From an uncultured Lachnospiraceae bacterium (GTDB taxonomy: Bacteria; Bacillota; Clostridia; Oscillospirales; CAG-272), in contig CAZRVL010000004.1 in NCBI GenBank assembly GCA_964603455.1, positions 298 to 64,297 on the forward strand: a DNA stretch of 64,000 nt, written 5' to 3'. Position numbers and translations under genes: made by a program. The notes below the pieces were generated by a model that had not been told where the DNA came from, ran no database searches, and worked only from the letters and a program-made list of their open reading frames with translations. Below, piece after piece: positions 22,370-31,250 of the stretch; within the stretch, counting starts at the first letter, position 1, and each line of letters starts with the position of its first letter.

Positions 22370-23198
22370 ATGCTGCGTTTTCGTCGGTCTGGACTATCTT
22401 GCCGTTTTCAAAGTAGCCCTCATATTCGCGTCCGCTCGGCCAAGAATACTTTCCGTAGCCGGACATTTTGTTATCTGTAAATTCACCTTCATAGATCTCG
22501 CCATTTGCCCAAGCATATACGCCGTTTCCGTTTCTGAGATCATTTGTGAAATTGCCGGAATATCTGTCGCCGTTTACGTATACATATATTCCCTGTCCTT
22601 CTTTCAGGTCATTTACGTATCCACCTTCATAGGAAGAACCGTCAGCCCATATGTATGTTCCGATTCCGTTTTTGAGATCGTCCTTGTATTCTCCGTTGTA
22701 TACAGAACCATCAGCCCATGTATATGTTCCTGTGCCATTCTTTTTTCCGTTCAAGAAGCCGCCTTCATATGTGTCTCCGTTTGAAAAGCTGTACTTGCCT
22801 TCACCCGAAATAATGTCAAGCTCAAATTCTCCATTGTAAATATCACCGTTGGCAAATGTGAGCTTTCCATTTCCGTTTCTGCGGAGCTTGTACAGTCCGC
22901 CTTCATATACATCGCCGTTTGAATAAACGACTGTGCCGTTGTCCATATCGACTTCGGCGGTAATGCCGCTGGAATAATATAATTTTCCGGTATAAGGTTC
23001 GCCGTCAGAATCTACCCTTCCGAAGAATTTCACGGTTGCTCCATCTTCGGTATTCATAGATATGTAGCGTATCCCTGAAAAATATATCCCTGCGGCGATT
23101 ATACCTATCGCAATAGCGGCGATTATAAGTATCATCAGCAGGATCGAGGCAAAGCTGTGATGCTTTTTCGCACGCTTGGGAGTTTTTTTATAATCCAT
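22368..23198 (-). CDS. MORN-repeat protein with N-terminal TM anchor
   Basis: About 9 tandem YxGxxxxxxxxGxG MORN-type repeats (e.g. YEGGFLNGKKNGTGTYTWADGSVYNGEYKDDLKNGIG); single TM near the N-terminus. Confidence 0.75.
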   Translation of the reverse strand: MDYKKTPKRAKKHHSFASILLMILIIAAIAIGIIAAGIYFSGIRYISMNTEDGATVKFFGRVDSDGEPYTGKLYYSSGITAEVDMDNGTVVYSNGDVYEGGLYKLRRNGNGKLTFANGDIYNGEFELDIISGEGKYSFSNGDTYEGGFLNGKKNGTGTYTWADGSVYNGEYKDDLKNGIGTYIWADGSSYEGGYVNDLKEGQGIYVYVNGDRYSGNFTNDLRNGNGVYAWANGEIYEGEFTDNKMSGYGKYSWPSGREYEGYFENGKIVQTDENAA

Positions 23199-23247
23199 AT
23201 TTTTTGTCTATACCTTCACATCTTTCGAAAGTATACTGAACCTTTCA

Positions 23248-23805
23248 CTAAAGAATATTGCTTTGCGGTGTGATCCCCGCAAAGAAGTTTGAAACCATCT
23301 GAATAAGATTCGGAACTATCGTGAATGATAAAAATACTACGACCAGAAAAGCCAATATTGATAACAGTATCGTGGCAAGGCTTGTTCCCGATAAACCGTA
23401 AACGACCTCTGCACGGTGAATATTTTCTTCCGGAATATAGAATTTTGCCGTTGAAAAATCAGCCTTTTGTTTTTCGTTGCATTCACCTGCCATGAGTACG
23501 ATCCGGCGAAGGCTCGAACCGTTTCTGAGTGCGATCTTTACAAAAAAATTTGAACAGCCGACTTCTCCGATAGTCAATGCACCGCCCTCGGTCTGAGCGC
23601 GCCGATCTACCAGCTTTCTAACCAGACCTCCGAGAACTATGCGGTTCAAAACCGTTATTGCGATTCCTACAACAAATCCGATGTAAAGTGACCAAACAAC
23701 AATGTTGAGGGTAGTTATCGGATTGTCTCCAAGTTTGATGGTTTCACCGCAAATTTTGGCGAGATCGTTTTTCAAAGCCTCAAAAAGCTCTGTGAAAAAA
23801 TCCAT
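23248..23805 (-). CDS. hypothetical membrane protein
   Basis: 185 aa with two hydrophobic segments; no family recognised. Confidence 0.5.
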   Translation of the reverse strand: MDFFTELFEALKNDLAKICGETIKLGDNPITTLNIVVWSLYIGFVVGIAITVLNRIVLGGLVRKLVDRRAQTEGGALTIGEVGCSNFFVKIALRNGSSLRRIVLMAGECNEKQKADFSTAKFYIPEENIHRAEVVYGLSGTSLATILLSILAFLVVVFLSFTIVPNLIQMVSNFFAGITPQSNIL

Positions 23806-23888
23806 AGTGCCCTCCTTAAAAATCGATATTATGGACGGAAGAAAAGCATTGGTTTAAAAATGCTTTTCCTCCGATATTTTTAGCCCGA

Positions 23889-25184
23889 TTATTTATTGAT
23901 CGGATGGATGACCTCGATGCCGCCGAGATACTTGCGAAGAACTTCCGGAACGACTACAGAGCCGTCTGCGAGCTGGTTCTGCTCGACCATCGCGGGGAAT
24001 ATTCTCGAAGTTGCGAGACCTGAACCATTCAATGTATGAACGAACTCAGTCTTTCCGGTGGATTCTCTCTTGAAGCGGATCTGACCGCGGCGAGCCTGAT
24101 AGTCGCGTGCGTTCGATACCGAGGATACCTCCTTGTAGCCGTTCATCGAGGGAATGTTGATCTCGATGTCATAGGTGCGTGCCATCGAAGCCGAGCAGTC
24201 CCCTGCCGCAAGCTTGACAGTGCGGAAGTGGAAGCCGAGTCCCTTTACAAGATTTTCAGCCTTTGTTACGAGTTCTTCGAATGCTGCGTCCGAATCCTCA
24301 GGCTTGGTGTACTGGAACATCTCGACCTTGTTGAACTGATGTCCGCGAACCATACCGCGCTCGTCCGAGCGGTAAGAGCCCGCCTCGCGTCTGAAGCAGG
24401 GAGTGTAGGAGAAGAACTTCTTGGGAAGGTCTGCTTCGGAGAGTATCTCATCGCGGTAGATGCTTGCAAGTGCAGCCTCTGCGGTGGGAAGCATATAGTG
24501 AACGCGGTCATCGGTCGGGTTCTCGATTTTGTAAACCTCATCGGCAAACTTCGGGAACTGTCCGGCGGTCAGTCCGCACTGGTATTCGAGCATATGCGGC
24601 GGAAGGATGAAGTCGTAACCGTCTGCGGTGTGGCAGTCGATAAAGTAATTGAGAAGTGCCCATTCAAGTCTTGCGCCCATGCCTTTGTAGATCCAGAAGC
24701 CACTTCCTGCAAGCTTTGTTCCGCGGTCATAGTCGATGAGACCGAGATCGGTGCAGAGATCGACATGGTGCTTCGGAGTGAAGTCGAACTTGTGAGGCTC
24801 GCCGAAATAGCGAATCGGCTCGTTATTCTCCTTTTCACCCGGCTTGAGGTCGGGATCAGGAAGGTTCGGAAGACCGAGCATAAGGTTTGTATACTCTATT
24901 TCTACTTCCTTTACCTTTGCATCGTTATCCTTTACCTTGTCAGAAAGCTCCTTCATCTGAGCAAATATCGGTGCAACATCTTCACCTGCTTTTTTGAGAG
25001 CCGGGATAGACTTCGATACCTTGTTCTGCTCTGCCTTAAGAGCTTCGTTTTCCGAGATCATTGCACGGCGTTTTGCATCGAGTTCAAGTATGCGAGCTAT
25101 ATCCTCTTTCGCATCCTTTCCCTTTCTTGCAAGTCTTTCGATAACGTCTTCAGTGTTTTCCTTGATGTATTTTATGTCCAGCAT
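23889..25184 (-). CDS. serS: seryl-tRNA synthetase
   Basis: N-terminal coiled-coil arm plus class II core (FRREAGSYRSDERGMVRGHQFNKVE, TLNGSGLATSR). Confidence 0.96.
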   Translation of the reverse strand: MLDIKYIKENTEDVIERLARKGKDAKEDIARILELDAKRRAMISENEALKAEQNKVSKSIPALKKAGEDVAPIFAQMKELSDKVKDNDAKVKEVEIEYTNLMLGLPNLPDPDLKPGEKENNEPIRYFGEPHKFDFTPKHHVDLCTDLGLIDYDRGTKLAGSGFWIYKGMGARLEWALLNYFIDCHTADGYDFILPPHMLEYQCGLTAGQFPKFADEVYKIENPTDDRVHYMLPTAEAALASIYRDEILSEADLPKKFFSYTPCFRREAGSYRSDERGMVRGHQFNKVEMFQYTKPEDSDAAFEELVTKAENLVKGLGFHFRTVKLAAGDCSASMARTYDIEINIPSMNGYKEVSSVSNARDYQARRGQIRFKRESTGKTEFVHTLNGSGLATSRIFPAMVEQNQLADGSVVVPEVLRKYLGGIEVIHPINK

Positions 25185-25231
25185 TTTAAAAAATCTCCTT
25201 AAGATGTTTGATTGCTAATAATATTTTGAAC

Positions 25232-26086
25232 TCACTTTGCAGTAAGCTTGTTTATAAGAGTTTCGAGCTGATCGGTCGTTTTGTAAGACACGGTGATCGA
25301 GCGTCTGCGCAGACCTCGGTTGATCTTTACCTTGCATCCAAGTGCGGATGCTACTTTTTCTTCGAGAGAACGATAGTAGCTCTCTTCGACTTCATTTTTC
25401 TTTGGCTGTGACGGTGCTTCGGTGTTCATGTCACGAACCAGATCCTCGGTCGCACGTACAGAAAGCTCTCCGAAGGTTACCTTGTCGGCAGCCTCGACCA
25501 TTCTCGATTTGTCATTCAGTCCGAGCAATGCACGAGCGTGTCCTGCAGAAAGCAGCCCACCCTCGACCAGATCCTTTATGTCATCCGGCAATTCAAGCAG
25601 TCGAAGCGAATTTGCTACAGCTGCACGGCTTTTTCCGACTTCTTTTGCGATCTCTTCCTGAGTCATGGAATACTCTTCTACAAGAGCTTTTAGACCTGTC
25701 GCTTCTTCGAGCGGATTCAGATCCTCTCGCTGAATATTTTCGATTAGCGCATATTCGGCAGCCTTGCGGTCATCAGCATCCAGAATCACTACCGGAACTT
25801 CCGAAAGTCCTGCCTGTTTAGCCGCACGCCAACGGCGTTCACCGGCAATTATCTGATAATATCCGTTGCTATCGCTTTCCCGAACGACGATAGGCTGAAT
25901 TATACCGTTTGCGGCAATAGAATCGGCTAATTGTGAAAGTGATTCCGGGTCGAAATATTTTCTCGGTTGAGAACGTCGTGGTTCGATCTCCGAGATTCTA
26001 AGAGTTGATACTTTATCGGTTTCGTCAGGAGAATTGTCAAGAAAGATCGAGTCCATTCCCCTTCCGAGACCCTTCTTTTTTCCCAT
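25232..26086 (-). CDS. spo0J: chromosome partitioning protein ParB/Spo0J
   Basis: GLGRGMDSIF, IQPIVVRE, IIAGERRWRAAKQAGL (CTP-binding ParB box), HTH region. Confidence 0.93.
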   Translation of the reverse strand: MGKKKGLGRGMDSIFLDNSPDETDKVSTLRISEIEPRRSQPRKYFDPESLSQLADSIAANGIIQPIVVRESDSNGYYQIIAGERRWRAAKQAGLSEVPVVILDADDRKAAEYALIENIQREDLNPLEEATGLKALVEEYSMTQEEIAKEVGKSRAAVANSLRLLELPDDIKDLVEGGLLSAGHARALLGLNDKSRMVEAADKVTFGELSVRATEDLVRDMNTEAPSQPKKNEVEESYYRSLEEKVASALGCKVKINRGLRRRSITVSYKTTDQLETLINKLTAK

Positions 26087-26198
26087 AAATTATGACCATA
26101 ACTTTCGAGCTTACGAAAGCTTCCTTTCTCTCCGTGTCGGAGCTTTTACTGAAAAGACTGTTCTAACAGCTTTAGTTCAAACTTTTATCCATGCTACC

Positions 26199-26960
26199 TT
26201 ATGTGCGTTCCAATATCTCTTTTGCAACATCCATATAAGCGTGTGCTCCCTTTGAGCTTTTATCATAATAGATTATAGGTTCTCCGAAGCTTGGAGCTTC
26301 AGAGAGCTTTACATTTCTGACGATGGATGTTGAAAAAAGCTTGTCAGCATAGTATTTCTTTATCTCATCGAGAACTTGGATCGAAAGATTCAAGCGACCG
26401 TTGAACATTGTGATCAATATGCCTGTAATTTCCAAAGATTGGTTATACAACTTCTTGACCTGTTTTATTGTCATCATAAGCTGCGACAGACCTTCGAGTG
26501 AGTAAAATTCACACTGCATCGGAATTATAACTCCATTACTTGCAGCGAGTGCATTGATCGACAAAATACCGAGAGACGGTGGGCAATCGATGAATATGTA
26601 ATCGAAATCATCCTCTATTGCTGTAATTGCATTTTTGAACAGCAATTCACGGTTATCGAGATCGATCAGTTCAAATTCTGCTCCCGCAAGTTCCATCTGT
26701 GATGGCATAAGCCAAAGATTTTTGAATCCTGTTTCAACGATAGCTTCGGATGCCTTTGAGTTGCCGATTATGACATCATATGATGAAGTTTTTACGGAAC
26801 GTTTTTGCACACCGACACCACTGGTCGAATTTCCCTGTGGATCGAGATCTAGCAGTAGTACACGCTTATCGAGCGCACCTATTGCAGCAGCGATATTTAC
26901 GGCAGAGGTAGTTTTTCCGACTCCGCCCTTTTGATTTGCGAGAGAAATAGTAAATGCCAT
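26199..26960 (-). CDS. soj: chromosome partitioning ATPase ParA/Soj
   Basis: Deviant Walker A NQKGGVGKTT; ATG 26960 preceded by GGAGG 7 nt upstream (the ORF track starts at TTG 26966). Confidence 0.93.
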   Translation of the reverse strand: MAFTISLANQKGGVGKTTSAVNIAAAIGALDKRVLLLDLDPQGNSTSGVGVQKRSVKTSSYDVIIGNSKASEAIVETGFKNLWLMPSQMELAGAEFELIDLDNRELLFKNAITAIEDDFDYIFIDCPPSLGILSINALAASNGVIIPMQCEFYSLEGLSQLMMTIKQVKKLYNQSLEITGILITMFNGRLNLSIQVLDEIKKYYADKLFSTSIVRNVKLSEAPSFGEPIIYYDKSSKGAHAYMDVAKEILERT

Positions 26961-27199
26961 TTGCAAGCCTCCATTGTATTGAGGGAGACAAGGCGAGCCG
27001 CTATCTTCCCCGTATATACTATTATAGCAAGAAATTCGGCAAATGTCAATACATAAATTGAAAAGAACGAGAATAACTCACAAAATATTTACAATCCGAC
27101 GCAATTCAACACGGTTTTTCAAGTTTCGATTAGAATATATAACTTTATTCGGCTACGGATAAATGATATTGGCGAAAGAAAGATCATAAAGCGGAAAAA

Positions 27200-27215
27200 T
27201 GTTTCACGTGAAACA
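27200..27215. promoter_or_regulatory. parS: parS site (perfect consensus)
   Basis: TGTTTCACGTGAAACA, a perfect 16-bp palindrome, in the noc-parA intergenic region. Confidence 0.9.
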
Positions 27216-27248
27216 TTACAAGAAAGCATATATTCTACATTTTTAAAA

Positions 27249-28220
27249 TTATGTTGGCGAACGTTTCTTTATTCTTATCGTCAGCACCGTTTCATCCTCA
27301 CCTTCATCGCGTTCACTTGCTATATCAATGCCTGCCTGTCGCACAATATCTACGGCTTTATCCACAGAGTTGTAGAAAATTCGAATATCCTTCAATATTA
27401 TTCTTCTCGGAGCTTTGGCATTCTTTTCGTCTTCCTTTTCCGATATGAAGCGGTCGATATAGTTTTCGGTAGTTGCTACATTCAGACCACGTTTGGCGAT
27501 GTAATCTATTATTCTGAGTCTTTGTTCGACCGAATCGACTTTGAGCAATGCCCTTGCATGCCTTTCGGTCAGATTGTAAGCGAGTATTTTTTCGCGTTCC
27601 GGTGCTGTGAGCCTTAGTATTCTAAGCTTGTTTGCTACGAATGACTGACTTACAGACAATTGCTTTGCGGCTTCCTCTTGAGTAAGATGGTAAATATCAA
27701 TGAGTGCGGCTATTGATGATGCCTGTTCGAAAATGTTCAGATTTTCACGCTGAATATTTTCTATTATCGCAAGTTCGGCTGATTTTTTACTGTCAACATC
27801 AACCAATATACACGGAACTGTGGAAAGACGAAGTAATTTTGCTGCTCGAAGTCTTCGCTCACCTGCAACGATCTCATAGAGTCCGTCATCAAGTCTTCTT
27901 GCCGTGAGCGGCTGCAATATTCCGCATAAACGAATACTGTCTGCAAGGCGAATGATTGAATCATCCTCGAATTGTTTGCGCGGTTGTGACGGATTCGGAA
28001 TTATGCTTTCGGTCGGTATCTCATGTATTCTACCGTATTCATCCCGTCGAGCAGCATCTGCACGCTCCTGCTCTGCACGTTCGAGCTCACTCCTTGCGAG
28101 TTCTTTTTCAGCCTTTAACGACAGTTCGCGTTCATCAAGTTCGCGGCTTCTTCTGTCAAGCCGTGTGCGTTCGGCTTCAAGTTCTCGTTCACGTCTGGTG
28201 TTTTTGAAAAGTGTTGTCAT
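27249..28220 (-). CDS. noc: nucleoid occlusion protein Noc-like (ParB family) with charged N-terminal extension
   Basis: ParB box (IVAGERRLRAAKLL), HTH, Noc-like C-terminus (DIRIFYNSVDKAVDIVRQAGIDI...LTIRIKK); position between rsmG and parA; ATG 28220 with an AAAGGAG RBS. Confidence 0.8.
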   Translation of the reverse strand: MTTLFKNTRRERELEAERTRLDRRSRELDERELSLKAEKELARSELERAEQERADAARRDEYGRIHEIPTESIIPNPSQPRKQFEDDSIIRLADSIRLCGILQPLTARRLDDGLYEIVAGERRLRAAKLLRLSTVPCILVDVDSKKSAELAIIENIQRENLNIFEQASSIAALIDIYHLTQEEAAKQLSVSQSFVANKLRILRLTAPEREKILAYNLTERHARALLKVDSVEQRLRIIDYIAKRGLNVATTENYIDRFISEKEDEKNAKAPRRIILKDIRIFYNSVDKAVDIVRQAGIDIASERDEGEDETVLTIRIKKRSPT

Positions 28221-28425
28221 TGTTATCTCCTTTTGTACCGACAAATATTATGCACAGGTCTGTGTATAACCTTTGTGCCGAGTCGGTTCTGCTACAATAT
28301 GATACCACATTTTCAATGCAAAGTGTGTTGAAATATCGGCATAGAAAAATAGTGCCGCACGTCGATAAATTGCCGGAAATAATGCAATTTTAGTCAAACC
28401 GGAATATTCAGCCGTGTTAAGTAGC

Positions 28426-28452
28426 AAAAAAAGCCGTTCAAAGCGGCTTTTT
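28426..28452 (-). terminator. rho-independent terminator of rsmG
   Basis: Minus strand reads aaaagccg-ctttgaa-cggctttt followed by a U-run; the rsmG stop codon sits in the loop. Confidence 0.7.
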
Positions 28453-29157
28453 AAGGATTTGTGCCCAATTTCGCGGATAATTTTCGGGCGTTGGGGAATA
28501 TTTTTTTATCGTAACTATTGATCTTGGATTAGGCTCGCCGTTTGGAATAGAAATACTATAGTTGTCATGCGAATCGAGTTTTCCTCCGAGCTTTTTGATC
28601 GCGCTTGACGCTTGAGCGGTCTCTTCATCGGAATGTCCCTTCATTGCTGCGAACAGACCGCCAACTTTAACGAACGGTAGACATAATTCGCACAACGGAG
28701 ACAACTTTGCAACTGCCCTTGCACAGGCAATATCAAAGTGTTCTCGGTATTCGCTTTTTGCTGCTGCCTCCTCGGCACGCGAGGTTATTGCGGAAATATT
28801 AGAAAGTCCGAGTATTTCCGCTGTTTCGGATATGTAATTTATCCTTTTAGCAGTTGAATCAAGAGCGGTTATTTTAATATCCGGGCGAGCTATGGCGAGC
28901 GGAAGTGACGGAAATCCTGCACCGCAGCCGACATCGATCATAGTTGCTCCGGCAGGAATATATTCGGCTGCCATAAGTGAATCTGTATAATGCTTTAATA
29001 TTATCCCGTCTTCATCGGTTATGGCGGTTAGGTTCATTTTAGCGTTGACTTCAAGCATTCTTGCAGTCAAATTCTCAAACTTTTCTGCAAGCTCATCGGT
29101 TGCAAATCGTTCCAGTCCGTTTGCCGTCAATATTTCTTTATATTTTGTCTTGAACAT
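28438..29157 (-). CDS. rsmG: 16S rRNA (guanine527-N7)-methyltransferase RsmG
   Basis: SAM-binding DVGCGAGFPSLPLA; follows mnmG. Confidence 0.93.
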   Translation of the reverse strand: MFKTKYKEILTANGLERFATDELAEKFENLTARMLEVNAKMNLTAITDEDGIILKHYTDSLMAAEYIPAGATMIDVGCGAGFPSLPLAIARPDIKITALDSTAKRINYISETAEILGLSNISAITSRAEEAAAKSEYREHFDIACARAVAKLSPLCELCLPFVKVGGLFAAMKGHSDEETAQASSAIKKLGGKLDSHDNYSISIPNGEPNPRSIVTIKKYSPTPENYPRNWAQILKKPL

Positions 29158-29170
29158 AGTTATAATTCCT

Positions 29171-31057
29171 TTAACCGAACAGGATCAAAAGCACCGAAAT
29201 ATCAGCAGGAGAAACTCCGCTTATGCGAGATGCCTGACCGATACTCTCGGGCTGAAGCTTATTCAATTTTTGAGCAGCTTCGATTCGAATGCCGTGAAGC
29301 TTTGAATAATCGCACGGAACGGGAAGCCGCTTTGCTTCCAGCTTTTCGGTTCTTGCAACTTCAGCCAGCTGTCGTTTTATATATCCTGCATATTTTATCT
29401 TTATTTCGACCTGTTCCTTTACTCTGTGCGAAAGCTGCGGACGAGCGTGATCGACTGGGCTTAATTTTTCATATGAGAGTTCCGGTCTTCGTATAAGCTC
29501 TGCGAGCTTTACTCCGGTGGAGATCGGAGTTGACATATTTTCTTCGAGTATCTTCAAAAGCTCTTCGCTCGGAGATATTGTAAGAGCTTCTATTCGTGCG
29601 ATTTCAGCTTGTACCTCAGCCTGTTCTTTTTCAAATCTTTCCCAGCGGTCATCGTTTATAAGTCCGATCCTTCTTCCGATAGGTGTAAGACGCTCGGCAG
29701 CATTGTCCTGTCTCAGCAAAAGCCGATATTCCGAGCGAGATGTCATTATGCGGTAGGGTTCATTAGTTCCCTTTGTCACAAGGTCATCGATAAGCGTGCC
29801 GATATAGGAGGATTGACGAGTGAGTATTACCTGCTCTTGTTTTTTGATCTCAAGTGAAGCATTTATACCGGCTATAAGCCCCTGTGCGGCGGCTTCTTCG
29901 TAACCCGAGGTGCCGTTGAACTGCCCTGCTCCGTAAAGCCCTTTGATTGTCTTAAATTCGAGTGTGGGGCGAAGCTGAGTCGGGTCAATGCAGTCATATT
30001 CTATCGCATATGCTGTGCGCATTACCTGTGCATTTTCAAAGCCAGGTAGGCTGTGAAGCATTTGCATTTGAACTTCTTCGGGCAAACTTGACGAGAATCC
30101 CTGTATATACATCTCTTCGGTGTCTTCCCCCATAGGTTCTACGAACAGCTGATGACGCTCTTTATCCGCAAAGCGAACTACTTTATCTTCGATTGAAGGA
30201 CAATATCTTGGACCGATGCCTTCGATCATTCCCGAGTAGAGCGGTGAACGTGACATATTTGCTCTAATTATGTCATGTGTCTCCTTCGTGGTATAAACTA
30301 TGTGGCATGGAGTCTGAACACGGCGATTCAGCTTTTCTCTGTCGGAATCGACCGAAAACGGATCTACATATTCATCTCCCGGCTGTAATTCGAGCTTTGA
30401 ATAATCTATAGAATCGCGATGAACTCTCGCAGGTGTACCTGTCTTGAAGCGCATCAGCTTTAAGCCTTCGTTGACGAGCGAAGCCGAAAGCTCGGTAGCC
30501 GGCAGCATTCCGTCAGGTCCTGATGAATAGGCTACTTCACCGACAATGACACGACCGTTGAGATAAGTTCCGGAACAGATCACGGCAGCCTTGCATTTCC
30601 AGCGTGCCCCAAGCTTTGTAACGATGTGATCGATCCTTTTCACTCTGTTTTCCACAATCGTGTGGATACTTGTGACCTCAGCCTGGATAAGCTTTAGCCC
30701 TTTTGTCTGTTCGATTGTTTTTTTCATCAATGTACGGTATTTTTGGCGGTCAGCTTGAATGCGCTTTGAATGAACAGCTGCACCCTTTCCGAGGTTTAAA
30801 ATTCGGCTTTGGAGCATTACCTTGTCTGCAGCTCGACCCATTTCACCGCCTAAAGCATCTATTTCATAAACCAGATGCCCTTTTCCTGTTCCTCCGATAG
30901 AGGGATTACAGGGCATATTTCCGACAGCATCAAGATTTATAGTGAACAGAGCAGTTGACATTCCGAGTCTTGCGGCAGCGAGCGCAGCTTCTATTCCGGC
31001 GTGTCCTGCTCCTATGACGGCGACATCAACTTCGCCTGCGTCATATTCTGTGATCAT
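29171..31057 (-). CDS. mnmG: tRNA uridine 5-carboxymethylaminomethyl modification enzyme MnmG
   Basis: N-terminal FAD fold [19 protein letters not shown], about 630 aa, conserved GidA body. Confidence 0.97.
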   Translation of the reverse strand: MITEYDAGEVDVAVIGAGHAGIEAALAAARLGMSTALFTINLDAVGNMPCNPSIGGTGKGHLVYEIDALGGEMGRAADKVMLQSRILNLGKGAAVHSKRIQADRQKYRTLMKKTIEQTKGLKLIQAEVTSIHTIVENRVKRIDHIVTKLGARWKCKAAVICSGTYLNGRVIVGEVAYSSGPDGMLPATELSASLVNEGLKLMRFKTGTPARVHRDSIDYSKLELQPGDEYVDPFSVDSDREKLNRRVQTPCHIVYTTKETHDIIRANMSRSPLYSGMIEGIGPRYCPSIEDKVVRFADKERHQLFVEPMGEDTEEMYIQGFSSSLPEEVQMQMLHSLPGFENAQVMRTAYAIEYDCIDPTQLRPTLEFKTIKGLYGAGQFNGTSGYEEAAAQGLIAGINASLEIKKQEQVILTRQSSYIGTLIDDLVTKGTNEPYRIMTSRSEYRLLLRQDNAAERLTPIGRRIGLINDDRWERFEKEQAEVQAEIARIEALTISPSEELLKILEENMSTPISTGVKLAELIRRPELSYEKLSPVDHARPQLSHRVKEQVEIKIKYAGYIKRQLAEVARTEKLEAKRLPVPCDYSKLHGIRIEAAQKLNKLQPESIGQASRISGVSPADISVLLILFG

Positions 31058-31250
31058 TTTAGACCATACCTTTCGTACAAATTACAGTCTTGAGGCTTCG
31101 TTTGCATAGGCATATGAAAAGATCAAAACTGTCAGAATGAGAGCCTGTCTTAATTTTTAAAGACAGCGAAATCATATTGTTTTCAGAAGGCGAAGTCTGC
31201 ATTTATGCCGCAAGCTTCGCCAGTTTTTGTAAATTATTTTTATATAAGCG

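Noticed and set aside
24036-25202. Very long antisense ORFs opposite real genes: 388 aa opposite serS, 277 aa opposite nfnA (49787-50620), 256 aa opposite galK (34764-35534), 295 aa opposite the MGS-like and esterase genes (40765-41652), 239 aa opposite rimO (2841-3560), 207 aa opposite recA and 203 aa opposite gyrA.
   Set aside because: Each one I checked is in exact codon register with the sense gene (same coordinate modulo 3). An antisense stop therefore arises only where the sense gene uses TTA, CTA or TCA. Their length is explained by depletion of those codons. The translations are low-complexity and lack RBSs or recognisable domains.
31189-31221. Hairpin ggcgaag...cttcgcc downstream of the WG-repeat gene as its terminator.
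   Set aside because: The T-run is on the plus strand, not the strand of the upstream gene, and the stem is interrupted. Its function is unclear.
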